DNA of 63,998 nucleotides, filler included, from Octopus bimaculoides (Eukaryota): the NCBI RefSeq assembly GCF_001194135.2. It is 7 parts of 7 records of this genome, joined end to end, with 100 filler letters (N's around TTAATTAATTAA, not from the genome) between each part and the next. Parts side by side here need not be neighbours in the genome. Positions count along the whole stretch, not along the records: positions 8,091 to 27,547 come from NC_068981.1; 6 more parts are not named here. One strand, written 5' to 3'. The notes below the pieces were generated by a model. The model worked only from the letters and a program-made list of their open reading frames with translations. It did not search any database and had not been told where the DNA came from. Positions 13,271-24,589 of this stretch are shown here, in pieces (position 1 is the first letter of the stretch; each line of letters begins with the position of its first letter). The translations under genes were made by a program, and so were the position numbers.

Positions 13271-13695
13271 GGCGCGGGAGTGGCTGTGTGGTAAGTAGCT
13301 TGCTTACCGACCACATGGTTCTGGGTTCAGTCCCACTGCGTGGCACCTTGGGTAAATGTCTTCTACTATAGCCTCGGGCCGACCAAAGCCTTGTGAGTGG
13401 AGTTGGTAGACGGAAACTGAAAGAAGCCCGTCGTATATATGTATATGTATATATATATGTGTGTGTGAGTGTGTGTGTATGTTTGTGTGTCTGTGTTTGT
13501 CCCCCCCCAACATCGCTTGACAACCGATGCTGGTGTGTTTACGTCCCGGTAATTTAGCAGTTCAGCAAAAGAGACCGATAGAATAAGTACTAGGCTTCCA
13601 AAGAATAAGTCCTGGGGTCGATTTGCTCGACTAAAGGCGGTGCTCCAGCATGACCGCAATCAAATGACTGAAACAAGTGAAAGAGTAAAAGAGTA
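13271..13695 (+). mobile_element. SINE family A, full copy inserted in the Gypsy RT region
   Basis: A-box TGGCTGTGTGG, B-box GGGTTCAGTCCC, internal microsatellite, AAAAGAGT tail; RT reading resumes on both sides. Confidence 0.92.
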
Positions 13696-15440
13696 GTCGT
13701 TTAACTCGGTTGAGAAGTCTGCGTACACTCTTAGCTTATTATTATTATTTTTACGTACAACGCCGGTGCTGCCCAGTCTGCATGGTCAATCTTTAAAATT
13801 ATATTCTTATATTCAGGATTTCCAAACCTTTTTAGTTAGTTATTGACCTGATTTACCGCTGCAAACGGCGCGTTCCGTTTGAGCCTGAAAGTAGGTGTTG
13901 AATTTTCTTTGATAGCAAACCTTGATTTTGTTTTTGTGCAACACCCTAAACCTTCCAAAATAATAACAAGAAAAACTTTGGGGAAAGATTCTTTCATATT
14001 TTTTTTTTATTTCAGCTCCTCGAATTCGTTCGATCGTTTGACTGCTCCGTTTACGTTATTCCACAAAGCGTTTATGGGTGTATTCCATAAATTAAATTCC
14101 TCCATACATTCGGTGCCAAATAAATTAATGGATTTTTTAACACGTAAATATTTACTTTTTGAGTTCGACCTTTGAACATTATATTACAAACACGTTTGCC
14201 CGTGAAATATAATTTTCTTCCTGAAACACCATACGATATTTTGTTTGAACTACATAATTTTGGTTTACTCATTTTTCCCCATATTTTCTCGTTTACGATT
14301 GTAATATTACTTCCCGTATCTAACTGCATTCTGACACTAGTCTTTTTAATTCTCACATTCACGAAATGTCTGTTTGTTGTAGTCACAGCTTTTTCTGTTT
14401 GATAAACTATTTATTTTTCTTGTTTGTTACATTTCCTTATCGTTCTAGTTTTTCAGGGCTATTTTCTGTCCTGTAAACCCGCAGCGAAAACGCTTTGCGT
14501 TTTTATATGGACGATCTTTTTTCAAATGCATCAAACTACATGCTAAACCTGGGTCTACATCTCGATATTTTTTCTGTTTTTCCTGCAACACTTTGTCTTC
14601 CGACTTTTTTTTACTGGTCTTAAATTTCTTCCGTGTCATGCTTTAATTTTAATATCCTGTCACACTCCTCAGACAGTTTCTACAATGTCAAATCCTGGTT
14701 CATTTCTAGTTTTGATAGAAATTTCGTTCGGATTTCTGCATCCCTCCTATCTGACAATCCTTGTGCCAAAACCCAAACCAAACAATTGAAGGAATCTGGA
14801 GTAAGCAAATCTCGCCTAAATCTCTCACATTCCTTGTTACTCTGCTGTGTAAGTAGTGAGGTCTTCATCTTCTCTCTTTTTTATGTTTATACATTTCCAT
14901 CTAGTATAAAACAGTGAACTCACTTCACTAAACATTTTGCACAAAATGTCAACTGCATCGATGAGGTTTATGTTGGACGGTTTGTTGGCAATATGAAGTT
15001 ACTATACTACTCATGCTCTGCTGTCATTAGATTTCTTAAAACTAGACGCGTTTTTATATCGTCCGTCCAATCCTGGCATTCTCTCTCAAGAATTTATTGA
15101 AATCTTCGAAAGTAAGCCTTGAAGGTTACGTCTTCTTCGGGCTCGTATTTGAATGCGCTTATGGAATTTGCTACATGGTCAGCTGAAAATGCATTCTCCG
15201 ATTTGGTTATCAACATCATTAGTTGCAACATTTGTTCTCGTTGTTCCTTAAGTTGTTGTTGTTGTTGTTTTTGCAACTCAACTATCCAGTCTAACAAGTC
15301 TTCTGTATTTTACGATTTTCGTAAGTTTGCACAAAACTTTTGCTTATTTTTGTCGAGGAATTTAATTCTCCACGTGAGTTAACTTAAACTCTTCGAGTGA
15401 ATGTATTTTTTTTCAGAACGCGTAGATTTTTTGTTTCCTA

Positions 15441-15778
15441 GTCGCCACTGTTATGAAGCGGCCTTTTGCCACTGTTGTATCTATCTTTTGATGACAGTTT
15501 TCGCTCTGACTGATATTTCTATATTCCGAAGTCCTCAATAGAATGTTTCTATCTGGCACTGAACGACCTCCAGTCGTACAGTGTTATTATCCTCAAAAGG
15601 TTGGATCGTTATCACGTCCAGTCAGTATTACAGTATAATTACTATGTCAGCACAGACACGACTTTCAACTCAGTCTACACCTACTCTCGATGTTCTCCCT
15701 GTCGACCAGCCACTGGGCTATTTATAATGGCCTCTACTACCACTTTTTACAGGGATGGGTATACAGCTTCACTATACA
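15441..15778 (-). mobile_element. putative 5' LTR (15449-15778) and primer-binding site (15441-15447)
   Basis: On the minus strand TG...CA termini, internal TATAAATA near 15720-15727, then one spacer base and TGGCGAC. Confidence 0.55.
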
Positions 15779-15806
15779 AATATCTATATCTATATCTATA
15801 TCTATA

Positions 15807-15855
<49 letters not shown>

Positions 15856-15858
15856 TCT

Positions 15859-16069
15859 TTTATTTGTTTATTTGTTTCAGCTATTTGTCTGCGACCATGC
15901 TGGAGCACCGTCTTTAGTCAAACAAATCGACCCAACGTCTTATTCATTGTAAGCCTAGTACTTATTCCATCTGTCTATTTTGCCGAAACGTTATGTTTGG
16001 GGGACGTAAACACACCAACATCACCTGTCAAGCGATAGTTGCGCGGACAACCATAGATACACAAACATA

Positions 16070-16102
<33 letters not shown>

Positions 16103-16310
16103 TCATATATNNNNNNNNNNNNNNNNNNNNNNNNNNNNNNNNNNNNNNNNNNNNNNNNNNNNNNNNNAGTTTGCATCTACCAAATAAACTCACAAGGCTT
16201 TGGTCGGCCCGAGGTTATAGTAGAAGTCACTTGCCCAATATGCCACGTATTGAAACTGAACCTGGAGCAATGTGGTTGGAAGCAAGTTTCTTACTACACA
16301 GCCACGCATA
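15859..16310 (-). mobile_element. SINE family A, diverged copy with gap in its internal microsatellite
   Basis: Tail, 3' half, (TA)n plus N run and 5' half, all in reverse complement. Confidence 0.85.
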
Positions 16311-16329
16311 TATATATATGTGTGTGTGT

Positions 16330-16369
<40 letters not shown>

Positions 16370-16384
16370 AATATCTTGTACTAA

Positions 16385-16670
16385 ACTTTAGCATCGAAAG
16401 TTACACAAACAGCAAAGTACCAAAAATTCCAACATTCCCATCAAGATACAGGAGCAGATACTGCAGCGGCTTGTGTTTGAAGAGCTAACAGCTCTTCCAT
16501 ATTCTCCCAAAATTCCTGAGAGGCCTACAGGTGGTGGATGTAGGGTTACTCAAAGGAAACTGGATCTCTTCTTGCCAAGAGTTCCGAATGATCCTACCTT
16601 GCAGCAAGAAACGGTGATGACGGCAGCAACATCAAGCGCCGCGATTCGTCAAATGCAGCCTATCATATTC
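16385..16670 (+). mobile_element. CR1/L2-like LINE ORF2 3' fragment
   Basis: VPKIPTFPSRYRSRYC...QLFHILPKFLRGL...KLDLFLPRVPNDPT; homologous to 45871-46170. Confidence 0.7.
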
Positions 16671-16689
16671 GTCCACTCTCTCTGTTTAT

Positions 16690-16765
16690 GCAATTTCTGA
16701 TGAAGTGAATTGGAATGAAAGACTGCATTTGAAACCGGTACTAAAAAACTGCGTTTGAAACCGGT
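16690..16765 (+). ncRNA. decayed minimal hammerhead ribozyme motif
   Basis: CTGATGA core (16697-16703), GAAA, palindromic ACCGGT, GUA triplet; helices I and II poorly paired; 26-bp tandem duplication of the 3' half. Confidence 0.35.
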
Positions 16766-16835
16766 ACTAAAACGTTCTTAATGATAAAATTGTTTAGCAT
16801 TTAGCATTTTCTACCTTGCCTTATTTTCCTTATAC

Positions 16836-16882
<47 letters not shown>

Positions 16883-16954
16883 TAATTAATGTTGGATAAA
16901 ACGATTTAATGATTGTATCAAATGGCCAGCGTGTTAACACCATTTAGGAAAATA

Positions 16955-17290
16955 TTTATACTGATATATAATTATATAGATATAATTATAGCAGAAAAGG
17001 TGTGGATAGGCATACCAACATACTGGAAATAGTTAATAGCTCTACAAACCACATATTATTTAACTACGTTAGCACAGGTTGAAAGCGGGCTAGTGAATCA
17101 ATCAGAAATCGATCTATGAGTAACCCTTTAAAAAATTTGATTGATTCACTAACCCGCTTTCAACCTGTGCTAACGGAGTAAAATAATATGTGGTTTATAG
17201 AAGTATTAGTATCTACTTCCAGTATGTTGGTGTGCTATCCACACCCTTTTTTGCTGTAATTGTATCTATGTAATTATATATCAGTGTATA
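16955..17290. mobile_element. foldback/MITE-like element with about 150-bp imperfect inverted arms
   Basis: Left arm ending GGTTGAAAGCGGGCTAGTGAATCAATCA mirrors right arm TGATTGATTCACTAACCCGCTTTCAACC; spacer about 30 bp. Confidence 0.85.
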
Positions 17291-17359
17291 TGTGTGTGTG
17301 TGTCTGTGTGTGTCTGTTTCTGTGTCTATGTCTCTATGTATATATAGCTCAAAAATCTC

Positions 17360-17940
17360 TATAACTACTGTTTTCCTTTAGCTACTTTGCTAAATTAGCT
17401 AGTTTGCTTGTTGCATGATTTGTGACGGCATGTCACTTATTTTCTATACATTGTCAACTGGAGTGAACTACTGCTATGTCAAGCAGACGAGTATCCATCT
17501 CCGACGATGACCATAAAGAGGTCGACATCTTACGGTCTGGTGGTATCAGAGCTAACATAGTAGAGGGTTCTCTACCCGTTTGCAATATATATCGAGTGTA
17601 GATTGCATTGAATAACTAACTGGGGGAGGCATCCTCTGAGCTCAAAATTGCAGTTTCGTCGATTTCTAGGGGACACCTGTGTTTAGCTTGCGTTTAACAA
17701 AACTTCGCAGTATAAATACTGCTTTCATCTCTTATAGGGTTTTCTCACCTAGCTAGTTTGCTTGTTGCAAGTTCAGTGATTGTATGTCACTTATTTTCTA
17801 TACACTGCGAGCTGGAGGGAACATCAGCTATACATAGCACACGAATATCCCTAATTGTGAATGACCATAAAGAAGTCGAAACCCTACGGTGTAGTGGTCT
17901 CGTGTCAGAAGCTGTGTACTGTAGTTTCATGCTATCATCC
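17360..17940 (+). repeat. diverged direct duplication, period about 354 bp
   Basis: TAGCTAGTTTGCTTGTTGCA at 17396 and 17750; ATGACCATAAAGA(G/A)GTCGA shared; both preceded by TATAA(C/A)TACTG. Confidence 0.8.
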
Positions 17941-18979
17941 ACATCATATTTCTCGCAGCTTCACTGTCTGTCTGTCTCTCAGTCTTTCCCTCTCTCTCTC
18001 TCACTCTTTCTGTCTCCTCTCCTCTCTCTGCCTCTCTATCTTTCACTTTTCTTACGCCTATAATGGATTTTCAAACCAAACTTTTACTCTGCGACGGGAA
18101 ATAACTCTTCGATTGTTGATCATGAAATACTGCCTCAGCAATTTCATCTAATAAGAATAACAGTGTTTCTACTTTCTATGTAAAAACAATATATTCTTTA
18201 TTTTCCGAAGATTTTCCTCAGGATTTCCGTAGTCGCCACTTTCTGACAGTTTTCAGTTGAAATCCATAACTTACTGATCCTCTGATGAGGGTAGAGATTA
18301 ACGTTGTACACACACACACAGACACGCACACACGCGTGCACTCTCTCATTCAAACATATGTGGTGCATGTTTGTGCATGAATAAAAGTTTGAAGGTTTCA
18401 ACATGAGTACCGCTGCAAAAACAGATATGCGCTTTGAGCGGATTTCCTTTCTTTTAATCACTGTCGTGAGAAACACACATGGGTAAGTTGTGTAACTTCG
18501 ACTTTATATTGCAATCTATAACATAAATTCATGTTTATCCATTCAGCAATTCAATACGTGCATGCAATATTGGAATGAGAAAAGTTAAAAGCAGAACAAA
18601 CAATAACACTTGAGCATTCAGTAAAGATTTTTATGTATCTTAAAATGTAAAATTTCCTATAAATGTAATGAAATATGATACACAGAATTGTTTCTCATGA
18701 TACTGTGGTTAAGTATTAAGCCTTCTGGAAACCTCTGCACGTATAACACAAATATATAGTATCACAATTGCCAGTACAGTATTCAAAATTCTCCAAACAT
18801 ATAAATTATTGTTACAAAATGTATAAATATATATAAGATATACAAAAACATATTTAGCAAATAACAATTTGGGGTAGGGTAGATTTTAAAGTAAAGATAT
18901 AAAAAATATATGAATTTTATGTACATGTGTATATGAATATACAGTCCTTACATACATACATACATACATATATATATAT

Positions 18980-19012
<33 letters not shown>

Positions 19013-19048
19013 CTCACACAAACAGAGAGACAGACAGATAGACAGACA

Positions 19049-19084
<36 letters not shown>

Positions 19085-19104
19085 TAATCTTTATATCATA
19101 TTTT

Positions 19105-19470
19105 ACTTCTTTCAGTTACTTGACTGCCACCATGGCGGGGTACACATTTGAAGTCAGACAAGTCGGCCTCATTATTGTTTTTGCAACAGTGATACTTGTT
19201 CTATCAGTTTCTTTGCGGAACCGCTATGTTGCAGGGATGTAAACGAACCTACACAGGTGGTCGAGCGTTGAGATAGAGCAAATACACACATGCGTAGATA
19301 TAAACATTTCTTATATATAAGCGCAGCGTGGCTGTGTGGTAACAAGCTTTTATCTAACCACATAGTCCCGGGTCAGTCACACTGCGTGGCACCTTTCGAA
19401 AGTATAGCCACGGGCCGAACAAAGCGTTGTGAGTGGATTTGGTAGACGGAAACTGAAAGAAGCCCTTCGT
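19105..19470. mobile_element. two SINE family A halves in opposite orientation
   Basis: 3' half on minus strand (about 19105-19275) and 5' half on plus strand (19321-19470). Confidence 0.75.
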
Positions 19471-19544
19471 ATATAAATGAGTGTGTATGCATAATCTATA
19501 TGTATGTACGTATGTATATGCGTATACACACACACATACATGTA

Positions 19545-20393
19545 TACACAGTCTCCGATGGGTAAATTTTCTCCATTCTATATTTCTAATTTTGCGCAAG
19601 GGCATAGTTTGTTTCTGATTCTGTCGAGTATAGTAGGGTCAGTTGGGGACCATCTGTGAGAAAAACAGCGTTATGGCGCAATTCGCTTTGCCAGTAATTT
19701 CGAAACGACATGCTGTACAGCTCCAATGGGAACATTTCAGAGTGTCTGGCTGTCAGTCTGAGGACAGTGCAATCTGAGGCCGTGTACCGAGAGTGATAAA
19801 GATCAAACGTCCAGTCAACATCATGGTATTTGAAGTGATCACCGGTGATGGCGACGTTATGCCTCCATTCACCTTCCCACACAGCCTCACACTCAAGTGT
19901 CTGGAGGAGGTAGTTCTGCTCTGGGTCAAGAGGGTGGCTGCTGAAAGACCCTTTATCAGACAGCAGGACTCTGCACCATACCACACAAGCAAGAGAACCC
20001 AATCATGGCTGTCAGACAATTTCTGCGACCACATCACCCCTAACATCTGGCCAACTAACTCTCCAGACTGCAACCCGCCTTTGATTATTACGTGTGGGGT
20101 ACAGTTGAGCGAAAGACCAACTAAACTCCTTGTAACACCAAAGATGAACTGAAGGCAAGGATTATGGCAGCATTCACCAACTTAAACAAGGAGACCGTCC
20201 AGAATAGTTGCAGTAGATTCCGAAGTCGTCTGGAGGCGGTGGTTGAAGCCAATGGCGATTTTATTGAATAAATCTACTCTTTAGTATTTCAACATATTTT
20301 TATGTAATTTTAGTAAATATATCTGTTAAAATGAGATGTCAGTGTTATTTTCATTTTTGCCAAATTTAGACAACAATTTATTCATTGCACCCT

Positions 20394-20396
<3 letters not shown>
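19545..20396 (+). mobile_element. internally deleted maT (DD37D) Tc1/mariner transposon
   Basis: VMPPFTFP, QQDSAPYH...NSPDCNP(L)DYYVWG (37 residues between the Asp residues after one frameshift correction), C-terminus EAVVEANGDFIE*, terminus GCACCCTG-TA. Confidence 0.85.
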
Positions 20397-20460
<64 letters not shown>

Positions 20461-20806
20461 CGTACATATAGGTATGCTTATAAAATTTCACATACAATAA
20501 CACAGAAGCTTTTATAGATGCATGTATGGCATATTGAACGATAGATAAATTGATACTTGTTCGATATACAGTAATAGTAAGAACTAAGAGGGGACTCGAT
20601 AACATTGTATTATACATATCTACTATAGAGGATTACATTATTAGATATATTTAATATTAAGTGCTTTGAGTTTTCTTCAGATTCTTTCATAGCGTTCCTA
20701 TATACTTAAGCATACATACATACACACATAAACTGAATAATGATATATACACATAAATAAATAAATAAACTGAATAACGACATACATGCATGCATACATA
20801 CATACA

Positions 20807-21191
20807 TTGTGTTGGCACTCAGTCGCTTGCGACGTCGAGGGTTCCAGTTGATCCGATCAACGGAACAGCCTGCTCGTGAAATTAACGTGCAAGTGGCTGA
20901 GCACTCTACAGACAGGTGTACCCTTAACGTAGTTCTCAGAGATATTCAGCATGACACAGTGTGACAAGGCTGGCCCTTTGAAACACAGGTACAACAGAAA
21001 CAGGAAAAAAGAGTGAGAGAAAGTTGTGGTGGAAGAGTACAGCAGGGTTCGCCACCATCCCCTGCCGGAGCCTCGTGGTGCATTAGGTGTTTTCGCTCAA
21101 TAAACACTCACAACGCCTGGTCTGGGAATCGAAACCGCGATCCTATGACTGCAAGTCCGCTGCCCTAACCACTAGGCGATTGCGCCTCCAC
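20807..21191 (-). mobile_element. SINE family D (tRNA-Arg-like head), full copy in the 3' flank of IL-17 gene 2
   Basis: Head with GGTTTCGATTCCC B-box; body and tail match 42790-43179. Confidence 0.9.
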
Positions 21192-21203
21192 TACATACAT
21201 ACA

Positions 21204-21236
<33 letters not shown>

Positions 21237-21287
21237 TTAAATAGTCTAGCGGCATTGCTCGCAATAGAATTTGAAAATGGACTGCTT

Positions 21288-21809
21288 TTACGACTCATAT
21301 TGTAGCATATTTCTTTCATTAACGACATCAACCTTCCGTACACACGCACAGGCTGTGGCTACTTGAATCACACTGGGTCTGTACACATACAAGCCACCAA
21401 CACATTGACCTGTGCGCTTCAGGACAGTCATTGACGTAAATACCATTACACATTGGTTGTCGTTGCTGCCCAGACATTTTCTACAGCGACACACTACTTC
21501 AGTAAGTGATGGCGGGAAAATTGTTGAATCATGAGTAACGTTAAAGTACCAAGGACAGGTTGAGCGTTCATGGATGATATTACTATATCCAGAAGATGTT
21601 GGGCAGCTTTTATCACTATTAGTCAGTGCCGATTGGTTACGTTCAGTTGGAGCCATTTCAACTGACAGAAAAACGTTATTGCCGATCGATGTGCTGGTTA
21701 GTCTCTGATATTCGACGTTCAGGTCAGTTGGTATATCACATTGGTTATGCGCTGGTGCCGGTGTTGCGACTAAGATGTAGTTGAAGATAATTGCAAATTC
21801 GATGAGAAC
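21288..21809 (-). CDS. IL17: interleukin-17-like protein, main (second) coding exon, paralogue 2
   Basis: Acceptor TTTTCCATTAAACAG|GTT in the same phase as paralogue 1; 173 codons plus TAA; ERSTCPW, CRCxxC, MTVLKR, VATACAC; 10 Cys aligned with paralogue 1. Confidence 0.93.
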   Translation of the reverse strand, partial: VLIEFAIIFNYILVATPAPAHNQCDIPTDLNVEYQRLTSTSIGNNVFLSVEMAPTERNQSALTNSDKSCPTSSGYSNIIHERSTCPWYFNVTHDSTIFPPSLTEVVCRCRKCLGSNDNQCVMVFTSMTVLKRTGQCVGGLYVYRPSVIQVATACACVRKVDVVNERNMLQYES

Positions 21810-22064
21810 CTGTTTAATGGAAAATATACACACAGATACATGAACAATATCAAAAGTAAGGGTCAAGGATAGCAGCAGCAACAGAAAAGGAATCGTAAAT
21901 GAGGGGAAGGTCAAAGTACTGCTGAGAGCAAGAATATATAGGGCACTGGTAAACACAGTGTAGTAGGCGAGTCCATATACACACACGCATAAGCACACAT
22001 GTGAAACATATAGATACGCGTTTGCAAACACACACACTTACACCCACAAACACACACACAAATA

Positions 22065-22134
<70 letters not shown>

Positions 22135-22313
22135 CATGTGCAGATAAGGATACACATCATAGAAGGACAGAAAGGACTAAGCGGAGCAGGAAGATACACG
22201 TGGATAGAAAGGGTCGTTGAAGAGGTGACAGATATGCGACGAATGATTTTCGGACATTGGACATAAGATTAAAAAAATAATAAATTTAAAAAATAGTAAT
22301 AAACGAGTGAAGA

Positions 22314-22529
22314 TACGAGGACGTGCTGGAAATGTCTTGTCTTTAACGGTGTTACGGGAGGCTTGGCTGAAGATCCAATCTTCCGAGTTCTCCTATAGGG
22401 CTTAGAAAAACTGAAGGACCGCTGCGAAAAGTGTGTGAATTTAAGAAGTGTATATGTTGAATAAAATCATCATTAACTGATCCTCCTGTATCTTTTACCC
22501 AAAGCCAGGAACTTTTCAACACCTACTCA
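22314..22529 (+). mobile_element. mariner-derived MITE (about 215 bp)
   Basis: Degenerate TIRs TACGAGGACGTGCTGGAAATGTCTTGTCTTT and AAAGCCAGGAACTTTTCAACACCTACTC; retains transposase C-terminus GLEKLKDRCEKCVNLRSVYVE*. Confidence 0.75.
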
Positions 22530-22623
22530 CACACACACAGACACACAGACACACACACACACATACACACAGACACACAACACACATATATATTTGTACA
22601 TAGTAATATATGCATGTGTGTTC

Positions 22624-22654
<31 letters not shown>

Positions 22655-23636
22655 CCTACATTCAAACGTACATATNNNNNNNNNNNNNNNNNNNNNNNNN
22701 NNNNNNNNNNNNNNNNNNNNNNNNNNNNNNNNNNNNNNNNNNNNNNNNNNNNNNNNNNNNNNNNNNNNNNNNNNNNNNNNNNNNNNNNNNNNNNNNNNNN
22801 NNNNNNNNNNNNNNNNNNNNNNNNNNNNNNNNNNNNNNNNNNNNNNNNNNNNNNNNNNNNNNNNNNNNNNNNNNNNNNNNNNNNNNNNNNNNNNNNNNNN
22901 NNNNNNNNNNNNNNNNNNNNNNNNNNNNNNNNNNNNNNNNNNNNNNNNNNNNNNNNNNNNNNNNNNNNNNNNNNNNNNNNNNNNNNNNNNNNNNNNNNNN
23001 NNNNNNNNNNNNNNNNNNNNNNNNNNNNNNNNNNNNNNNNNNNNNNNNNNNNNNNNNNNNNNNNNNNNNNNNNNNNNNNNNNNNNNNNNNNNNNNNNNNN
23101 NNNNNNNNNNNNNNNNNNNNNNNNNNNNNNNNNNNNNNNNNNNNNNNNNNNNNNNNNNNNNNNNNNNNNNNNNNNNNNNNNNNNNNNNNNNNNNNNNNNN
23201 NNNNNNNNNNNNNNNNNNNNNNNNNNNNNNNNNNNNNNNNNNNNNNNNNNNNNNNNNNNNNNNNNNNNNNNNNNNNNNNNNNNNNNNNNNNNNNNNNNNN
23301 NNNNNNNNNNNNNNNNNNNNNNNNNNNNNNNNNNNNNNNNNNNNNNNNNNNNNNNNNNNNNNNNNNNNNNNNNNNNNNNNNNNNNNNNNNNNNNNNNNNN
23401 NNNNNNNNNNNNNNNNNNNNNNNNNNNNNNNNNNNNNNNNNNNNNNNNNNNNNNNNNNNNNNNNNNNNNNNNNNNNNNNNNNNNNNNNNNNNNNNNNNNN
23501 NNNNNNNNNNNNNNNNNNNNNNNNNNNNNNNNNNNNNNNNNNNNNNNNNNNNNNNNNNNNNNNNNNNNNNNNNNNNNNNNNNNNNNNNNNNNNNNNNNNN
23601 NNNNNNNNNNNNNNNNNNNNNNNNNNNNNNNNNNNN

Positions 23637-23669
<33 letters not shown>

Positions 23670-24062
23670 GACACAGCTACAAGTATTCCACTATGAATTA
23701 GCATGATGGGAATTTATGAAAAGAAAGCAGAAGTGACTTGTAAAATCACAGAGTATTTTATATCCGGTAAGGAAGTTCGTCTGACGAAATCGTTAAGCAA
23801 CAAACAGACATTATTTTTTGACCTATATAACTAATATCCAGTGCATTAGAGGAAATAATTGAAGTTATTATTATATAACCTCCACTGGGATATTATTTGC
23901 TTTTTATTCTGTATCGTATGATTATGGAAGCATTAAGACACTTCCCAAAGATGCATAAATATCAAAAATTAGAATGACTTCTGTACTTTTTACTATTTTT
24001 AAAATACTTCTTTTCTTATTTATTTATTTATTTATTTATCTTTGGCCTCTGTATTTGTGTAC

Positions 24063-24092
24063 CTTAGATTCATAGAGTAGCACAAACTGCAT
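24063..24092 (-). CDS. candidate first coding exon of IL-17-like gene 2 (MQFVLLYESK)
   Basis: ATG...AAG|GTACAC phase-0 donor; TATATAAA about 85 bp upstream; the true exon could instead lie in the N gap 22676-23637. Confidence 0.25.
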
Positions 24093-24589
24093 CTCGTAGA
24101 GAACCTTTTTTAGCACTACCCATACAATTCATATCTAGAACGTGCTTTGGAAGTAATTTCAAATAATAGTATTTTATATATATTGCAAATTAGGCGATAT
24201 GCAATACAACATACAGCGTAACATGCGGTATAACGTGTAATAAGTATCTCTTTTGGACGCAGGAAATGCGACAAAAATTTTAAATAGCTTATAAGAGTTT
24301 TCTACACTGTTAAATTATTTCTGAATAAAATGTTTCTAACTTTAGAGCTAAAGCCTAAAACTTGAACGCAATTTAGGAAGTATTTATTTTATGAAAGAAA
24401 ACTAAATCGTCCAAAATTAGACGAGATATGCTATTTCTTGATCAGTAATTAGAAGATGTGCATCGCCAGGTGACAGACATACTAACTGAAATATAGTTAA
24501 TCTGAAGGACGATAACAAATTCGTGTCTTTAAGTGTTCAATCCAGCGACCTGTGTTTTCTGTTGAAGTAGTAAATAGAGTAGAAGACTC

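Larger units (their letters stand above)
12880..15778 (-). mobile_element. degraded Gypsy LTR retrotransposon (Mag/K02A2.6-like): LTR, PBS, gag, protease, partial RT
   Basis: gag-like FKYEPEEDVTFKAYFRRF; protease MQLDTGSNITIV; RT pieces LRVYADFSTELND, KLNGGKFFSKLDLTGAYFQI, LGQVIDESGCRPDP; PBS TGGCGAC; many stops and frameshifts. Confidence 0.88.

Noticed and set aside
13271-13345. tRNA-like cloverleaf heads with A and B boxes (all four SINE families)
   Set aside because: Each continues into a shared SINE body and tail and lacks a proper acceptor stem; not tRNA genes
21810-22037. Long hydrophobic N-terminus of the 249-aa ORF as part of IL-17 gene 2
   Set aside because: Upstream of a splice acceptor conserved in phase with paralogue 1 and derived from TG-rich intron sequence
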